In this document: one piece after another, positions 34,615-46,889 of the stretch | Position numbering within the stretch: the first letter of the stretch is position 1 | How the letters are laid out: every line of letters begins with the position of its first letter | Program-made: the position numbers and the translations under genes | Notes under the pieces: generated by a model | The model's database searches: none | What the model was told of the DNA's origin: nothing | Seen by the model: the letters and a program-made list of their open reading frames with translations, nothing else | Origin: Octopus bimaculoides | Lineage: Eukaryota | Reading direction: 5' to 3' | Assembly: GCF_001194135.2 (NCBI RefSeq) | Contig: NC_068985.1 | Span: forward strand, 90,275,011 to 90,331,290 | Length of the DNA stretch: 56,280 nt

Positions 34615-35080
34615 GTAAGTGGCTGTGTGGTAAGACGCTTGCTTCCAAGCCACAAGGTTCCTAGTTCAGTCCCACCGCGTGGCATCTTGGGCATGTGTCT
34701 TCTACCGTAGCCTCGTTCCGAGGCAGAGCCTTATGAGTGGATTTGATGGACGGAAACTGAAAGAAGACAATAGCTTTTATTTCTCTTCTCAATTTTGTTC
34801 TTTATACTCATCAATCAGGTGTTTGACACTATGGCTATATATATGTGTGCATGTAGGTATTTGTGTGTCTATGTTTGCCCACACCCACCATCGCTTGACA
34901 ACCGATGTTGGTGTGTACATGTCCCCGTAACTTAGCATTATCGCAATACAGATCGATGGAAAAGTACTACGGTTATAAAGAATAAATCCTGGGTTCGATT
35001 TGCTCGACTTAAAGCGGTGCCCCTACATGGTCGAAGTCAAATGACTAAACCAAGGAAAAGAATAAGAGAATAAAAGAATA
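34615..35080 (+). mobile_element. SINE family B, full length, with an extra about 60-bp insert before its internal microsatellite
   Basis: A-box-like TGGCTGTGTGG, B-box-like AGTTCAGTCCC, GGCATCTTGGGCATGTGTCTTCTAC, internal TG/TA tract, CGCTTGACAACCGATG, tail GCGGTGCCCCTACATGG...(AGAATAA)n. Confidence 0.92.
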
Positions 35081-35106
35081 TAGTTGAAATTTATAGAAAA
35101 AAGCAC

Positions 35107-35225
35107 AAGACAAAGACAGGCGTATATACAAGAAGCAGGTGTAATTAGTTTAACGCTCGGGAAGGTGAGAAAGTATTTTCCGTTTCGTGCCTACGCTCTT
35201 CAACACAAAGGAATAAAATAAAATA
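35107..35225 (-). mobile_element. Short dispersed repeat (copy 2), possibly a Penelope-type terminus
   Basis: Reverse complement TGTGTTGAAGAGCGTAGGCACGAAACGG...CCCGAGCGTTAAACTAATTACAC matches the 31040 copy. Confidence 0.55.
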
Positions 35226-37311
35226 AACAGTGAGAATGAATTGGTCGTAGATTTCAATGGCCCAGTATGGCCAATGAATACACACACACAGACACACGCA
35301 TACACACACACAGACACACGCATGCACACACACACAAACACACACACACTCTCACACACACAAATATGCATAGATATGTGCATATATAAATTTCAACTAA
35401 ATACATACATGTGTACACACACTCACACAGACACACACACACACATACACACACGCACACACACACAGACACATGAAAAAACATTTATATAAAGAGCAAT
35501 ATTTCCTTTTTAGCTCTTGCAGTACTAACGAAATCTCAATATATGAAAACATCATCCACTTGGCAGCTTCTAATTAAATTAGAAATTTTAGACTTGTTAA
35601 ATGAAGTTGACTTTTATTCCTGTAAACTATACATTTTGAGCAAGGACAAGGAGTCATGAGATACGAATAATAAATGGAAATATATAATTGAATTTTTTTT
35701 TTGTTTTNNNNNNNNNNNNNNNNNNNNNNNNNNNNNNNNNNNNNNNNNNNNNNNNNNNNNNNNNNNNNNNNNNNNNNNNNNNNNNNNNNNNNNNNNNNNN
35801 NNNNNNNNNNNNNNNNNNNNNNNNNNNNNNNNNNNNNNNNNNNNNNNNNNNNNNNNNNNNNNNNNNNNNNNNNNNNNNNNNNNNNNNNNNNNNNNNNNNN
35901 NNNNNNNNNNNNNNNNNNNNNNNNNNNNNNNNNNNNNNNNNNNNNNNNNNNNNNNNNNNNNNNNNNNNNNNNNNNNNNNNNNNNNNNNNNNNNNNNNNNN
36001 NNNNNNNNNNNNNNNNNNNNNNNNNNNNNNNNNNNNNNNNNNNNNNNNNNNNNNNNNNNNNNNNNNNNNNNNNNNNNNNNNNNNNNNNNNNNNNNNNNNN
36101 NNNNNNNNNNNNNNNNNNNNNNNNNNNNNNNNNNNNNNNNNNNNNNNNNNNNNNNNNNNNNNNNNNNNNNNNNNNNNNNNNNNNNNNNNNNNNNNNNNNN
36201 NNNNNNNNNNNNNNNNNNNNNNNNNNNNNNNNNNNNNNNNNNNNNNNNNNNNNNNNNNNNNNNNNNNNNNNNNNNNNNNNNNNNNNNNNNNNNNNNNNNN
36301 NNNNNNNNNNNNNNNNNNNNNNNNNNNNNNNNNNNNNNNNNNNNNNNNNNNNNNNNNNNNNNNNNNNNNNNNNNNNNNNNNNNNNNNNNNNNNNNNNNNN
36401 NNNNNNNNNNNNNNNNNNNNNNNNNNNNNNNNNNNNNNNNNNNNNNNNNNNNNNNNNNNNNNNNNNNNNNNNNNNNNNNNNNNNNNNNNNNNNNNNNNNN
36501 NNNNNNNNNNNNNNNNNNNNNNNNNNNNNNNNNNNNNNNNNNNNNNNNNNNNNNNNNNNNNNNNNNNNNNNNNATATATATATATACTTACGCAACGAAT
36601 TTAGAAGGCATTTGTAAGAGCAGAAGTAAACCATATTTGTGTTTATTTATATTTTTTTGTAGAAGAAAAGAACAGTTATTAGCTCAAGCGTAAATATGTA
36701 TATTACATACAAATCGGCACACACACACAAAAAAAAAAGAAGAAAAACATGCCAAGAAGTCCAGATATTCTCGTCTTCAGAAGAAGCACTGAACATCGAG
36801 TGAATGCGGGTGACGGCCAGATCGATAAAAAACCATTTAAATTCCACTCAATAAAATACGTCTTAATAGACAGACGAAGAGAAGCACGTTCTGACAGTTC
36901 ATGCTATATTAAGCAAATAATCTATTAATGAGGTCGACCAATAATAGAGGCAGAAGATGCATCAGCAAACATACGTATGGACCATCACATAGCTATACGT
37001 AACCAAACGTGCACAACATGATAAAGAAAACTCTATTTCTACATAAACGTAGATTTATACTAAAATATTAATGTACAACACTAACAGTCATTTGATACAG
37101 ATTATTTATTTGTATTTGCTTATATGCATATTTTCCATTTCTATTTGGTGCTGTATGATACGTTTCTTTGGCTCAATCTGTACCTTAATATTGGTCAAAC
37201 ATGAAAGCCATTATATAGTCGGAGGTCATGCACTAATTAGCAACGTAATTCCTCCACATTTCACAATTCTGATTTAAAATATATTAAAACGCATATCATT
37301 ATTATGCCTGC

Positions 37312-37525
37312 AGATCTGGTAGAAAGAACTGATATCACACCAGGGAAAATGCTTAACGGTATTTCGTCTGTCTTTAATTTCTGAATTCAAATTCTGCTGT
37401 GTTTCACTTTACACTTCATCCTTTCGGAGTCTTAAAAATAAGTACCAGCTGATGACTGGGTTCGATGCTATTAACTTACACCAACCACGAAGTTGTTGGC
37501 GTTCTGCCAAATTTAAATCGATATT
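37312..37525 (+). mobile_element. SINE family A
   Basis: AAATGCTTAACGGTATTTCGTCTGTC...CTGAATTCAAATTC...CATCCTTTCGG...AAGTACCAG. Confidence 0.85.
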
Positions 37526-37639
37526 TATGTTTGAAAACAGATAGAATTGGATTTGAATATAGGCGTGTTAAATTCATCAGCCTTTAATATAACAGTGAAG
37601 AATTCATGCGCATACACTCTTTCTTTCTAAACTGTATGA

Positions 37640-37735
37640 TTATAAGAAGCTAGGTTCCCAACCACATGATTACAAGTTTTGCCCCACTACGTGGAACCTT
37701 TGGTAAGGCTCTTCTTCTTTAGCCACGGGCGGATT
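37640..37735 (+). mobile_element. SINE family B 5' fragment
   Basis: AAGAAGCTAGGTTCCCAACCACATG...CCCCACTACGTGGAACCTTTGG. Confidence 0.65.
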
Positions 37736-37849
37736 AGAGCCACGGGTGGATTATTATTGCCGATAATATTTGGAATTTCCTGGTACAATAGTTCTCACTG
37801 CACCGCATAAAATATATTTAGACATACTATGAAAGCATAAAGGATCAAG

Positions 37850-38095
37850 ATCCCCTTCGGACACGTATGATGACAGGATTGCACATAGAATCATCCCCTT
37901 CGAGGCAAACATCTGAGCAAGGTTATTTATGTATGACCAGCAGTCACCCATGCATAACAATCTCTTGTCTCCACGCTACCAATGTTATCCAAGGGAACGG
38001 CAAAGGCCGATAAAATTTGGCACCAATGACGTTGCATCTCATTTCTACGACTAAGTGAACCGCAGCCAAATGACTGAAACAAGTAAAGTAAAAAC
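37850..38095 (-). mobile_element. SINE family D-related fragment fused to a family B tail (the tail part, about 38060-38095, is on +)
   Basis: CCCATGCATA...CCAATGTTATCCAAGGGAACGGCAAAGGCCGAT...CATTTCTACGACTAAGTGAAC, then GCAGCCAAATGACTGAAACAAGTAAA. Confidence 0.55.
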
Positions 38096-38116
38096 AATAA
38101 TATAGATATAGATATA

Positions 38117-38280
38117 TCCGACGGTCTTCTTTCAGTTTCCGTCTACGAAATTCACTCACAAGTCTTTAGTCAGCCCTAGACTATTGTACAACACACACGC
38201 CCAAGGTGGTACGCTGTGAGACTGAACCCGGAAACATGTGGCCAGGAAACTAGCTTCTTACCACACAGCTGCACCTCGGT
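38117..38280 (-). mobile_element. SINE family B 5' half
   Basis: CTTCTTTCAGTTTCCGTCTACGAAATTCACTCACAAG...CCCAAGGTGG...GAACCCGG...CTTACCACACAG. Confidence 0.88.
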
Positions 38281-38293
38281 TTATATATATAAA

Positions 38294-38450
38294 CGACTGC
38301 CGTCTTTCAAGCTCCTTCAACTCAGTCAATTCTCTAGGTTTCCGTTGGCCCTAGACTATAGAAGAAGACACTTCGAGTACTTGTCACACAATGGGACTCC
38401 ACCCAGAACCATGTGGTTAGGAATAAAACTTCTCACACCTCCGCCTGCTC
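38294..38450 (-). mobile_element. SINE family B 5' half, degenerate
   Basis: GACTATAGAAGAAGACACTT...ATGGGACT...CCCAGAACCATGTGGTTAG. Confidence 0.75.
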
Positions 38451-38519
38451 CTAAGTACCTAGTTGCAACGATACTTAGTTAACTTGATTATTTAAAGAAA
38501 GAAAGTTCAGTATTTAATC

Positions 38520-38903
38520 AGTGTGGAGGTGCAATGGCCCAGTGGTTATGGCAGCGGACTCGCAGTCATGGGATCGCGGTTTCGATTCCCAGACTGGTCG
38601 TTATGAGTGTTTATTGACCGAAAGCACCCGAAGCTCCACGAGGCTATGGCAGGGCTAGTGGCGAACCCTGCTCTACTCATTCACCATAACTTTCTCTGAC
38701 TCGTTCTTCCTGTTTCTGTCGTACCTGTATTTCAAAGGGCCAGCCTTGTCAAACTCTGAGTCACACTGAATCACCCCGAGAACTACGTTAAGTGTACACG
38801 TGTATATGGAGTGCTCTACCAATTGCACGTTAATTTCACTAGCAGGCTGTTCCGTTGATCGGCTCAACTGGAACCCTTATCGTCATAATCGACGGAGTGC
38901 CAC
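38520..38903 (+). mobile_element. SINE family C with a well-preserved tRNA-like (Arg-like, inferred) head
   Basis: A box TGGCCCAGTGG (38535-38545), B box GGTTTCGATTCCC (38578-38590), then about 300 bp of non-tRNA body ending CGACGGAGTGCCAC. Confidence 0.9.
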
Positions 38904-39035
38904 GACGATTCAATTACAAGTAGTTCAAATAGTTATCATAATTAGTGGAATTAGGCAATATGACAGAAGTTCGAGAGAAGATAGAATCAAATACTAACAT
39001 CAAATTAGGTCTCAGATACGACATAAATTCAGGAA

Positions 39036-39081
39036 TGAAACAGATGTTTATGACTTAAATCACTCATAAACATCTGTTTCA
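39036..39081. repeat. Perfect 18-bp inverted repeat with 10-nt loop
   Basis: TGAAACAGATGTTTATGA (39036-39053) / TCATAAACATCTGTTTCA (39064-39081). Confidence 0.95.
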
Positions 39082-39741
39082 ATTTAATCAATTCAGAGTT
39101 ATATGAATTTGATAGGCCCGATGTAAAAGCCAGCAAGCTGTAAACTGCAATCTAATCCCGTCATACTTATACAGATAGAGTTATGGTATACTCATCATAG
39201 CAATATCAATATAGTAAATTTTAAAGTAAACCACAATTCAGAAATATCATTATAAGCTAATATACTTGCATATATGTGTGTATGTATGCATTTGTGTGTG
39301 TGTTTCTGGGAGCGCCCCTTCGGATGTGTGTATGTGTGCCTGTGTACGAGCACGTTTCTGTGAGTGTGTTTGTGTGTGTACCTGTGTGCGAGCGCACCTG
39401 TGTGTCTGTGACTGTGTCTGTGTGAGGGCATGCATGTTTGTATGAGTGTCTGTGTACGAATGCGCCTCTGTGTGTGTGTTTGTATGTGTGCGTGCTTGCG
39501 CATATCTATTTTAATTGCTTTGAGGCAACTTGAAATTTAAGGAAAGCAACAATATGAACAAAATAACGCGATTTAATAGAGACTGGAAGCTATATATAAC
39601 GAGTTAAACTGATTGATTCTAATATATATATATGTATGTATGGGTGTGTTTGTGTTTATGTGTGTGTGTACAGAAATCATGTAAAACCATGTTAAACTTT
39701 TAAAATAAAATCAAATCGATACGTGTGCACANNNNNNNNNN

Positions 39742-39773
<32 letters not shown>

Positions 39774-40219
39774 TCACGTTCCAGTACGACTGTACCTACA
39801 GAGGAGGTGCACCAATAGCAAATGAAATAATGTTTAAAAATGGGTATAAATTATTTATATTTGAATTTCCAATTACAGAGACTGACTTCTTGAACAGTTA
39901 ATTGATTGTTAAATAACATTGAAATAGATGAAAAAAAGTAGTATATTTCAACTACTCACTGAAAATCCATTTCTCGTATTCAAGTACTAGAAGCAACGAA
40001 GAAAGCTCCAGCATTCTGCAAGGCCACTGGTGTGACTCTAGTTTAGTTAGGATGCCATTAATAAGTTCTCTGTTTATTTGATATATTCTAGTTTGTTTTG
40101 ATATTATTTTATTCAATATTATGGTTTCAATTTGCAAACATCGTTTATTTGCTTTCATGAACCTATGAACTCTTAGCGGTAATTTTGACGCACCTTATAT
40201 CTAATGGCAGCTGAATGCA

Positions 40220-40410
40220 CCCAATGTAACATGAGTGACAGAATCGTTAACACGTTCGACAAAATATTTAGTAGCATTTCTGTTGTTTCTTTACGCTCTT
40301 AGTTCACATTCCTTCCACTGCAAATTTCTCATTTGCAACTATGACTCGATTTAGTAAAGCGGCTGTCATATCCTGATTGAGAGCTGATGTAATTGACTAT
40401 TCCCTTAGCC
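40220..40410 (+). mobile_element. SINE family A, highly degenerate
   Basis: GACAGAATCGTTAACACG...AAAATATTTAGTAGCATTTC...GTAATTGACTATTCCC. Confidence 0.55.
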
Positions 40411-40703
40411 GAAAGGATGGCTGACGTTGAATCCTATAACCAGCGGCTGTCTCGTTCATTTCTGCCGGTTAAACGCTACGCAAGAGAAATAATCGCCTTG
40501 TGAGTCCTACCGCTAACGGAAAGAATACAATACAAAATAATTATCTTCTTTCTACTTACCAGGCTTCGGGTGTCATTGTACCAATTACCTTCGGTCTTTC
40601 TCACATTAGTTTAGCATTTTCGTACGATGTATAATGATAACTATCACCATCATTACCAAAGATGAATATACAGAAAATATAATTATCATTATTCTGCAGG
40701 ACA

Positions 40704-40920
40704 AGGCGGCGAGCCGACAGAATCGTTGGTGCGCTGGTCGAAATGCTTAGCGGTATTTCGCAGTTGTTAAGTTCTGAGTTCAAATTCCGCCGAGGTCGAC
40801 TTTGCCTTTCATGATTTCGAGGTCGATAAAATAAGTGCCAGTTGAAAACTGGGGTCGATTAATCGACTCATCCGTTCCCAGAAAACTGCTGTCCTAGTGA
40901 CAAAATTTGAAACCGTTATT
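40704..40920 (+). mobile_element. SINE family A, full length
   Basis: AGGCGGCGAGCCGACAGAATCG...CTGAGTTCAAATTCCGCCGAGGTCGACTTTGCC...AAAATTTGAAACC. Confidence 0.93.
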
Positions 40921-42473
40921 CTGGAAGACATTGTGTGCGAACGGTGTTTGACAGACTCGTTACAGCATCAAGTTAAGTATTTTATGTTATTTTACCGGTG
41001 GGTTGAAGCATACTTCGTTCTGAAGAAAAGTAATGAGCTCCTGGATGTTCAAAAATATAAGCATGAATAAACACATTCATCTTCATAATTGCTTGTATCA
41101 CTGTAATCAATAAATACATGAACTGTTTGGAGTTCAGCGCATAAATACTTCCAGCAATGTACTTAAAGGAAAACCAATTATGTATTATATCTAACCTACT
41201 ATTTTATCGTTAATATTTTTCATGAATCTGAAACGATGACGATGAAGTTGATATCAGTGAAAATTCGAACGCAGAATATATAGGTCCAGTAACTAAATGT
41301 TATAACATTTTGTTTTACGCACTAACGATTGTTGTAATCCCAATTCCTGAAGAGTCTACGGAAACATATGAAATTAACCGAGTGAATCCAATTAAGATTC
41401 AATGCTTTGATGAAAGTATAGGAAATATTGAATTCGATATTTTCAATGAATGTACAAGTGCAATAGTGAAAATAATTATCAGAAAATATGTCAGGGAGCT
41501 TATGGTAAGATAACTATTTGTTCTATTTGGTTTCATGGTTACGGAAAGTGTTTTCCGATAAAGATTTCTATACAAAACTATACATGTAATTGTGCAATTA
41601 ACAGCAATATCATGTCAATCTATCAATACACACATACACACAACACACACAACACACACACACACACACACACGCACACATACACATACACATATATGCA
41701 CATACATATATATATATATACATACATATAAGCATACACATGTATATTCACGCACACACATATATATGTGTGTGTACATATATATGTATAAAATATCCAT
41801 GTAAGTATCATCATCCACACGCACACACATACACACACAAACACACACTTACACACACGCATACACACACATATGCATGTATACAGGAATGTAACAACTT
41901 CCCTAGCGTGTGTACAATTCGTCCAGACTAAAATACATTCCATTGAAATGCTTACCAATCGTCTTGAATTCTTACACATTTTGCTCAATGCAATTTAAAA
42001 AAGAAATATCTCAGTCGATTAAATACATGTTTTAAACACTAGAAACAACTAAAATCAATGAATTTAATGTTCAATGTTTCACTGAAATTATATTTGAAAT
42101 TATAAACCTTTGAAATTTATATCTCTGTCAAGCATCATTAATTGTTTAAGTGATACTACTTGGGAGATAATGTGATTTAGACACGCACACAGACACTCAA
42201 ACGCACAAACACACACATTTATATATGTAAAATATTATATACCTGTATGTATATACATGTGAAACGTTATAGACACACACATACATATCTATATANNNNN
42301 NNNNNNNNNNNNNNNNNNNNNNNNNNNNNNNNNNNNNNNNNNNNNNNNNNNNNNNNNNNNNNNNNNNNNNNNNNNNNNNNNNNNNNNNNNNNNNNNNNNN
42401 NNNNNNNNNNNNNNNNNNNNNNNNNNNNNNNNNNNNNNNNNNNNNNNNNNNNNNNNNNNNNNNNNNNNNNNNN

Positions 42474-42506
<33 letters not shown>

Positions 42507-43131
42507 GATTGGCGTGTACGTGGTATAATAGGAAATGATGAGCCATGCACGTGTGCGTATGTGACTAACTGGCTTTACCTAGTTCTACATAAATATCAGT
42601 GTCGAATTGTTTATATGCCGTTTTACAAACATGCAAACAATCACAGTCTCTATAAAGGTATGAGTCTTTTAGCCAGGGTTAATCACCCTCAAGTTGTACT
42701 ACATAACTTACCGTGTAACGTGTTCAATGTATTTAAATTCATTCTAGTCTAAATATGCACTTAATTTAAACAGCTCCGAGGAAACGCTAGAACGTCGCGG
42801 GAACAGTTATCTCTGAATGCAATAAATAGCAAAGTAGAAACAGATGTAAAGTAATGAAACTGAATGCGTAACTTTTGTTCATGTGTCATTCATTACTCCG
42901 TAGTCACCTGAGACCGTAAATAAATTGAGTTTTAACAACTTGTTATTAATTTTCTGATGTATATTTCATTTTTGGAAATATTTCAATAGAAGAGGTATAT
43001 ACTGGTCAAGTAAGTGTCATTTTAAAAGACGTGTCTGCTTTGTATATGTCTGCTGTATACATACATTTAGACACGCACACAGACAGGAATACACACACTG
43101 ATACATACACACATAGATACTTTTACATACT

Positions 43132-43177
<46 letters not shown>

Positions 43178-43594
43178 NNNNNNNNNNNNNNNNNNNNNNN
43201 NNNNNNNNNNNNNNNNNNNNNNNNNNNNNNNNNNNNNNNNNNNNNNNNNNNNNNNNNNNNNNNNNNNNNNNNNNNNNNNNNNNNNNNNNNNNNNNNNNNN
43301 NNNNNNNNNNNNNNNNNNNNNNNNNNNNNNNNNNNNNNNNNNNNNNNNNNNNNNNNNNNNNNNNNNNNNNNNNNNNNNNNNNNNNNNNNNNNNNNNNNNN
43401 NNNNNNNNNNNNNNNNNNNNNNNNNNNNNNNNNNNNNNNNNNNNNNNNNNNNNNNNNNNNNNNNNNNNNNNNNNNNNNNNNNNNNNNNNNNNNNNNNNNN
43501 NNNNNNNNNNNNNNNNNNNNNNNNNNNNNNNNNNNNNNNNNNNNNNNNNNNNNNNNNNNNNNNNNNNNNNNNNNNNNNNNNNNNNNNNNNNNNN

Positions 43595-43679
<85 letters not shown>

Positions 43680-43949
43680 CAGGTGAATATATATAGAGAA
43701 ATAGCGAGTCAGTAAGGTTGTAGCGATGGACATCGTGATATTTGCTTTATAGGGACGATATGCCAGTTGACCTTATGTGTAGCTTTAAGTCAGCTCTAGG
43801 AGCAATTATTTCTGGAACCCCTTTAGATGCAATTTTTTACCAGGGAAATCTTGTATAGGTTTTATTTTCGCTGAATAATGATTTTCGCATTAGGTAGCAG
43901 AGAATCCGTTACTATATATCAACATGTTCCATGCAATGGGAGTGCCTAG

Positions 43950-44270
43950 TAATCAGTCGGTTACGAGGACAGGGTTTTCGGTTGATTCGATCAATGGAAG
44001 AAGGCTGCTTGTAAAATTAAAACTGCAGATGGCAGACTTAACGCAGAGGCGTATTCTCTTAAAGTAGTTCGCAGAGAGATTCAGCGTGAAAGAGATTGTG
44101 ATCTGGCTGGCACTTTGAAATGCAGGAACAACTCAATTTTGACTGCTGAGTAGACTGGAGTATCGTGAAATGAAGTGTCTTACTCGAAGCCACAAGGCCG
44201 AATGCCGAACTCAAGACATTACGATCGTGAAATGAGCAGTCTGATCCCTTGGCCACACGGCTTCACTTGC
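43950..44270 (-). mobile_element. SINE family C/D-like
   Basis: GTCGGTTACGAGGACAGGGTT..GGTTGATTCGATCAATGGAA..GGCTGCT.GTAAAATTAA is the reverse complement of the 38520 copy's 3' part. The head GGCCACACGGCTTCAC lies at the right end. Confidence 0.75.
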
Positions 44271-46774
44271 ATTGATATGTTGGGTTATGCTTTATAAATA
44301 CTGATGCTACTCAAAGTTTATGACATAATGCACAATGCTGAAGCACCAATGCCTGCCTTAAAAAAAAACCCAGGAAACTGATATGACTTAAATGTGTATG
44401 ATTGAGAATGGTCGTTGAGAAAAGGATTCATTTCAGATGAAACGTAAACATTCGGCACAACAAAAAGAAAAAGGGTAAATCAATGTACTATGTAAGAAGG
44501 AAAATGAAAAAGATGGAAAGTACGCAGGACATGTTGCTTGTAAACAGGGAAAAACAAAAACGCAGTTTATCAACCGAACTGTTGCCGTTGTATTTCCATA
44601 AATACAGACCCACAAGACGGAAAACTTGCGACATCATCCATGATTCAGATAATTTGTTGAATATATATATATCTGTACGTGTGTTTATGTGTTTGTATGT
44701 GAGTATATATATATATATATATATATGTATATAATTGCTTATGTGTCTACCTATTGTGATGAGAAGGGAATGGTAACAACTGTCTCAGAGAAATATCAGA
44801 AAGAAAACTGTATACTGAAATGCGAAGGACTTCGTTCAGAATGCCTGCGAATTCACAAACACATGGGTAGGCAAAATATGTTTTTGCATTGAAGAATACC
44901 GTGCCATTCTACTGAGTAGATCCCACAAAATTCAGCAAATATGAAATTTACAGATAATTCTATCTGAACATATTTCTTCGTCTTACATCAGAACCTCATT
45001 AGGATTCGTAACCAATGTCACAAATAAGAACTGGTTCATCACTTGTTTCGGTGGTAATCGACTAGAATCCCCACACGTGATCTTGGATAATGTACCAAAA
45101 TTTGAAGCTAATATTACGATATGTGATTGTGTATTTCAGTTTACAAGGTCGTCGAGGTTCTATTTTCATTCTCACCTTGTCGATTCCTACCTGAAATAGG
45201 GCGAAATAAACTGAGATGAAACGACCAGTTATGATAACACATCGATTAAGCTACATACGCTTACAAATCACTTACAATATTACGCCTTGTAAGACGGTAA
45301 ATGAGTGGAGGCTTTCATCTAATAAATATACTGTGCTTTCCTCTCTATTGTAGATGTCATTTTGGAAGTTGCCTTATACCTTATACAAAGAAATATTTGA
45401 TTTTGGAAAAATACTGAAATGTGTACATTAACAATTTAGAAAAGCCATTTCACATCGGACTTTACAATGATTTTAAATATATATGTACTTTATAAATGTG
45501 GTATACATACATAATTACAGATGCATGCTCTCTCTCTCTCTCTTTCTCACTTTCATACAGAGGTGTGTGTGTGTGTGTGTGTGTGTCTAATGAAAATATA
45601 TGCTCTCATTTATGAAGTGTTCCCGATTTCCTTATGTATAAAACAAAACATGAGATTGTAAGTATATGCGTGTAAGTAACATATATGCCCACNNNNNNNN
45701 NNNNNNNNNNNNNNNNNNNNNNNNNNNNNNNNNNNNNNNNNNNNNNNNNNNNNNNNNNNNNNNNNNNNNNNNNNNNNNNNNNNNNNNNNNNNNNNNNNNN
45801 NNNNNNNNNNNNNNNNNNNNNNNNNNNNNNNNNNNNNNNNNNNNNNNNNNNNNNNNNNNNNNNNNNNNNNNNNNNNNNNNNNNNNNNNNNNNNNNNNNNN
45901 NNNNNNNNNNNNNNNNNNNNNNNNNNNNNNNNNNNNNNNNNNNNNNNNNNNNNNNNNNNNNNNNNNNNNNNNNNNNNNNNNNNNNNNNNNNNNNNNNNNN
46001 NNNNNNNNNNNNNNNNNNNNNNNNNNNNNNNNNNNNNNNNNNNNNNNNNNNNNNNNNNNNNNNNNNNNNNNNNNNNNNNNNNNNNNNNNNNNNNNNNNNN
46101 NNNNNNNNNNNNNNNNNNNNNNNNNNNNNNNNNNNNNNNNNNNNNNNNNNNNNNNNNNNNNNNNNNNNNNNNNNNNNNNNNNNNNNNNNNNNNNNNNNNN
46201 NNNNNNNNNNNNNNNNNNNNNNNNNNNNNNNNNNNNNNNNNNNNNNNNNNNNNNNNNNNNNNNNNNNNNNNNNNNNNNNNNNNNNNNNNNNNNNNNNNNN
46301 NNNNNNNNNNNNNNNNNNNNNNNNNNNNNNNNNNNNNNNNNNNNNNNNNNNNNNNNNNNNNNNNNNNNNNNNNNNNNNNNNNNNNNNNNNNNNNNNNNNN
46401 NNNNNNNNNNNNNNNNNNNNNNNNNNNNNNNNNNNNNNNNNNNNNNNNNNNNNNNNNNNNNNNNNNNNNNNNNNNNNNNNNNNNNNNNNNNNNNNNNNNN
46501 NNNNNNNNNNNNNNNNNNNNNNNNNNNNNNNNNNNNNNNNNNNNNNNNNNNNNNNNNNNNNNNNNNNNNNNNNNNNNNNNNNNNNNNNNNNNNNNNNNNN
46601 NNNNNNNATGCATGCATGCATGTATGTATGTATGTATGTATGTACGTATGTATGTATGTATGTATGCATATGTATACATAGATGTGTTATATATAGCTTA
46701 ACTCTTAATATCGTTATTATCATGAGTTGCTTAATGTTATTATGAGAAACACTTTTATTATTATGCTAAAAAAC

Positions 46775-46889
46775 TCTTCTTCTTCTTCTTCTTCTTCTTC
46801 TTCTTCTTCTTCTTCTTCTTCTTCTTCTTCTTCTTCTTCTTCTTCTAATTACTACTACTACTACTTCTACTACTACTACTACTACTACT
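46775..46889. repeat. (CTT)n (about 24 units) followed by (TAC)n
   Basis: Directly visible. Confidence 0.97.

Noticed and set aside
38520-38595. tRNA-like sequence as a functional tRNA gene
   Set aside because: It has A and B boxes but no proper acceptor stem, and it continues into a SINE body seen elsewhere in the window. The same applies to the family A and B heads.
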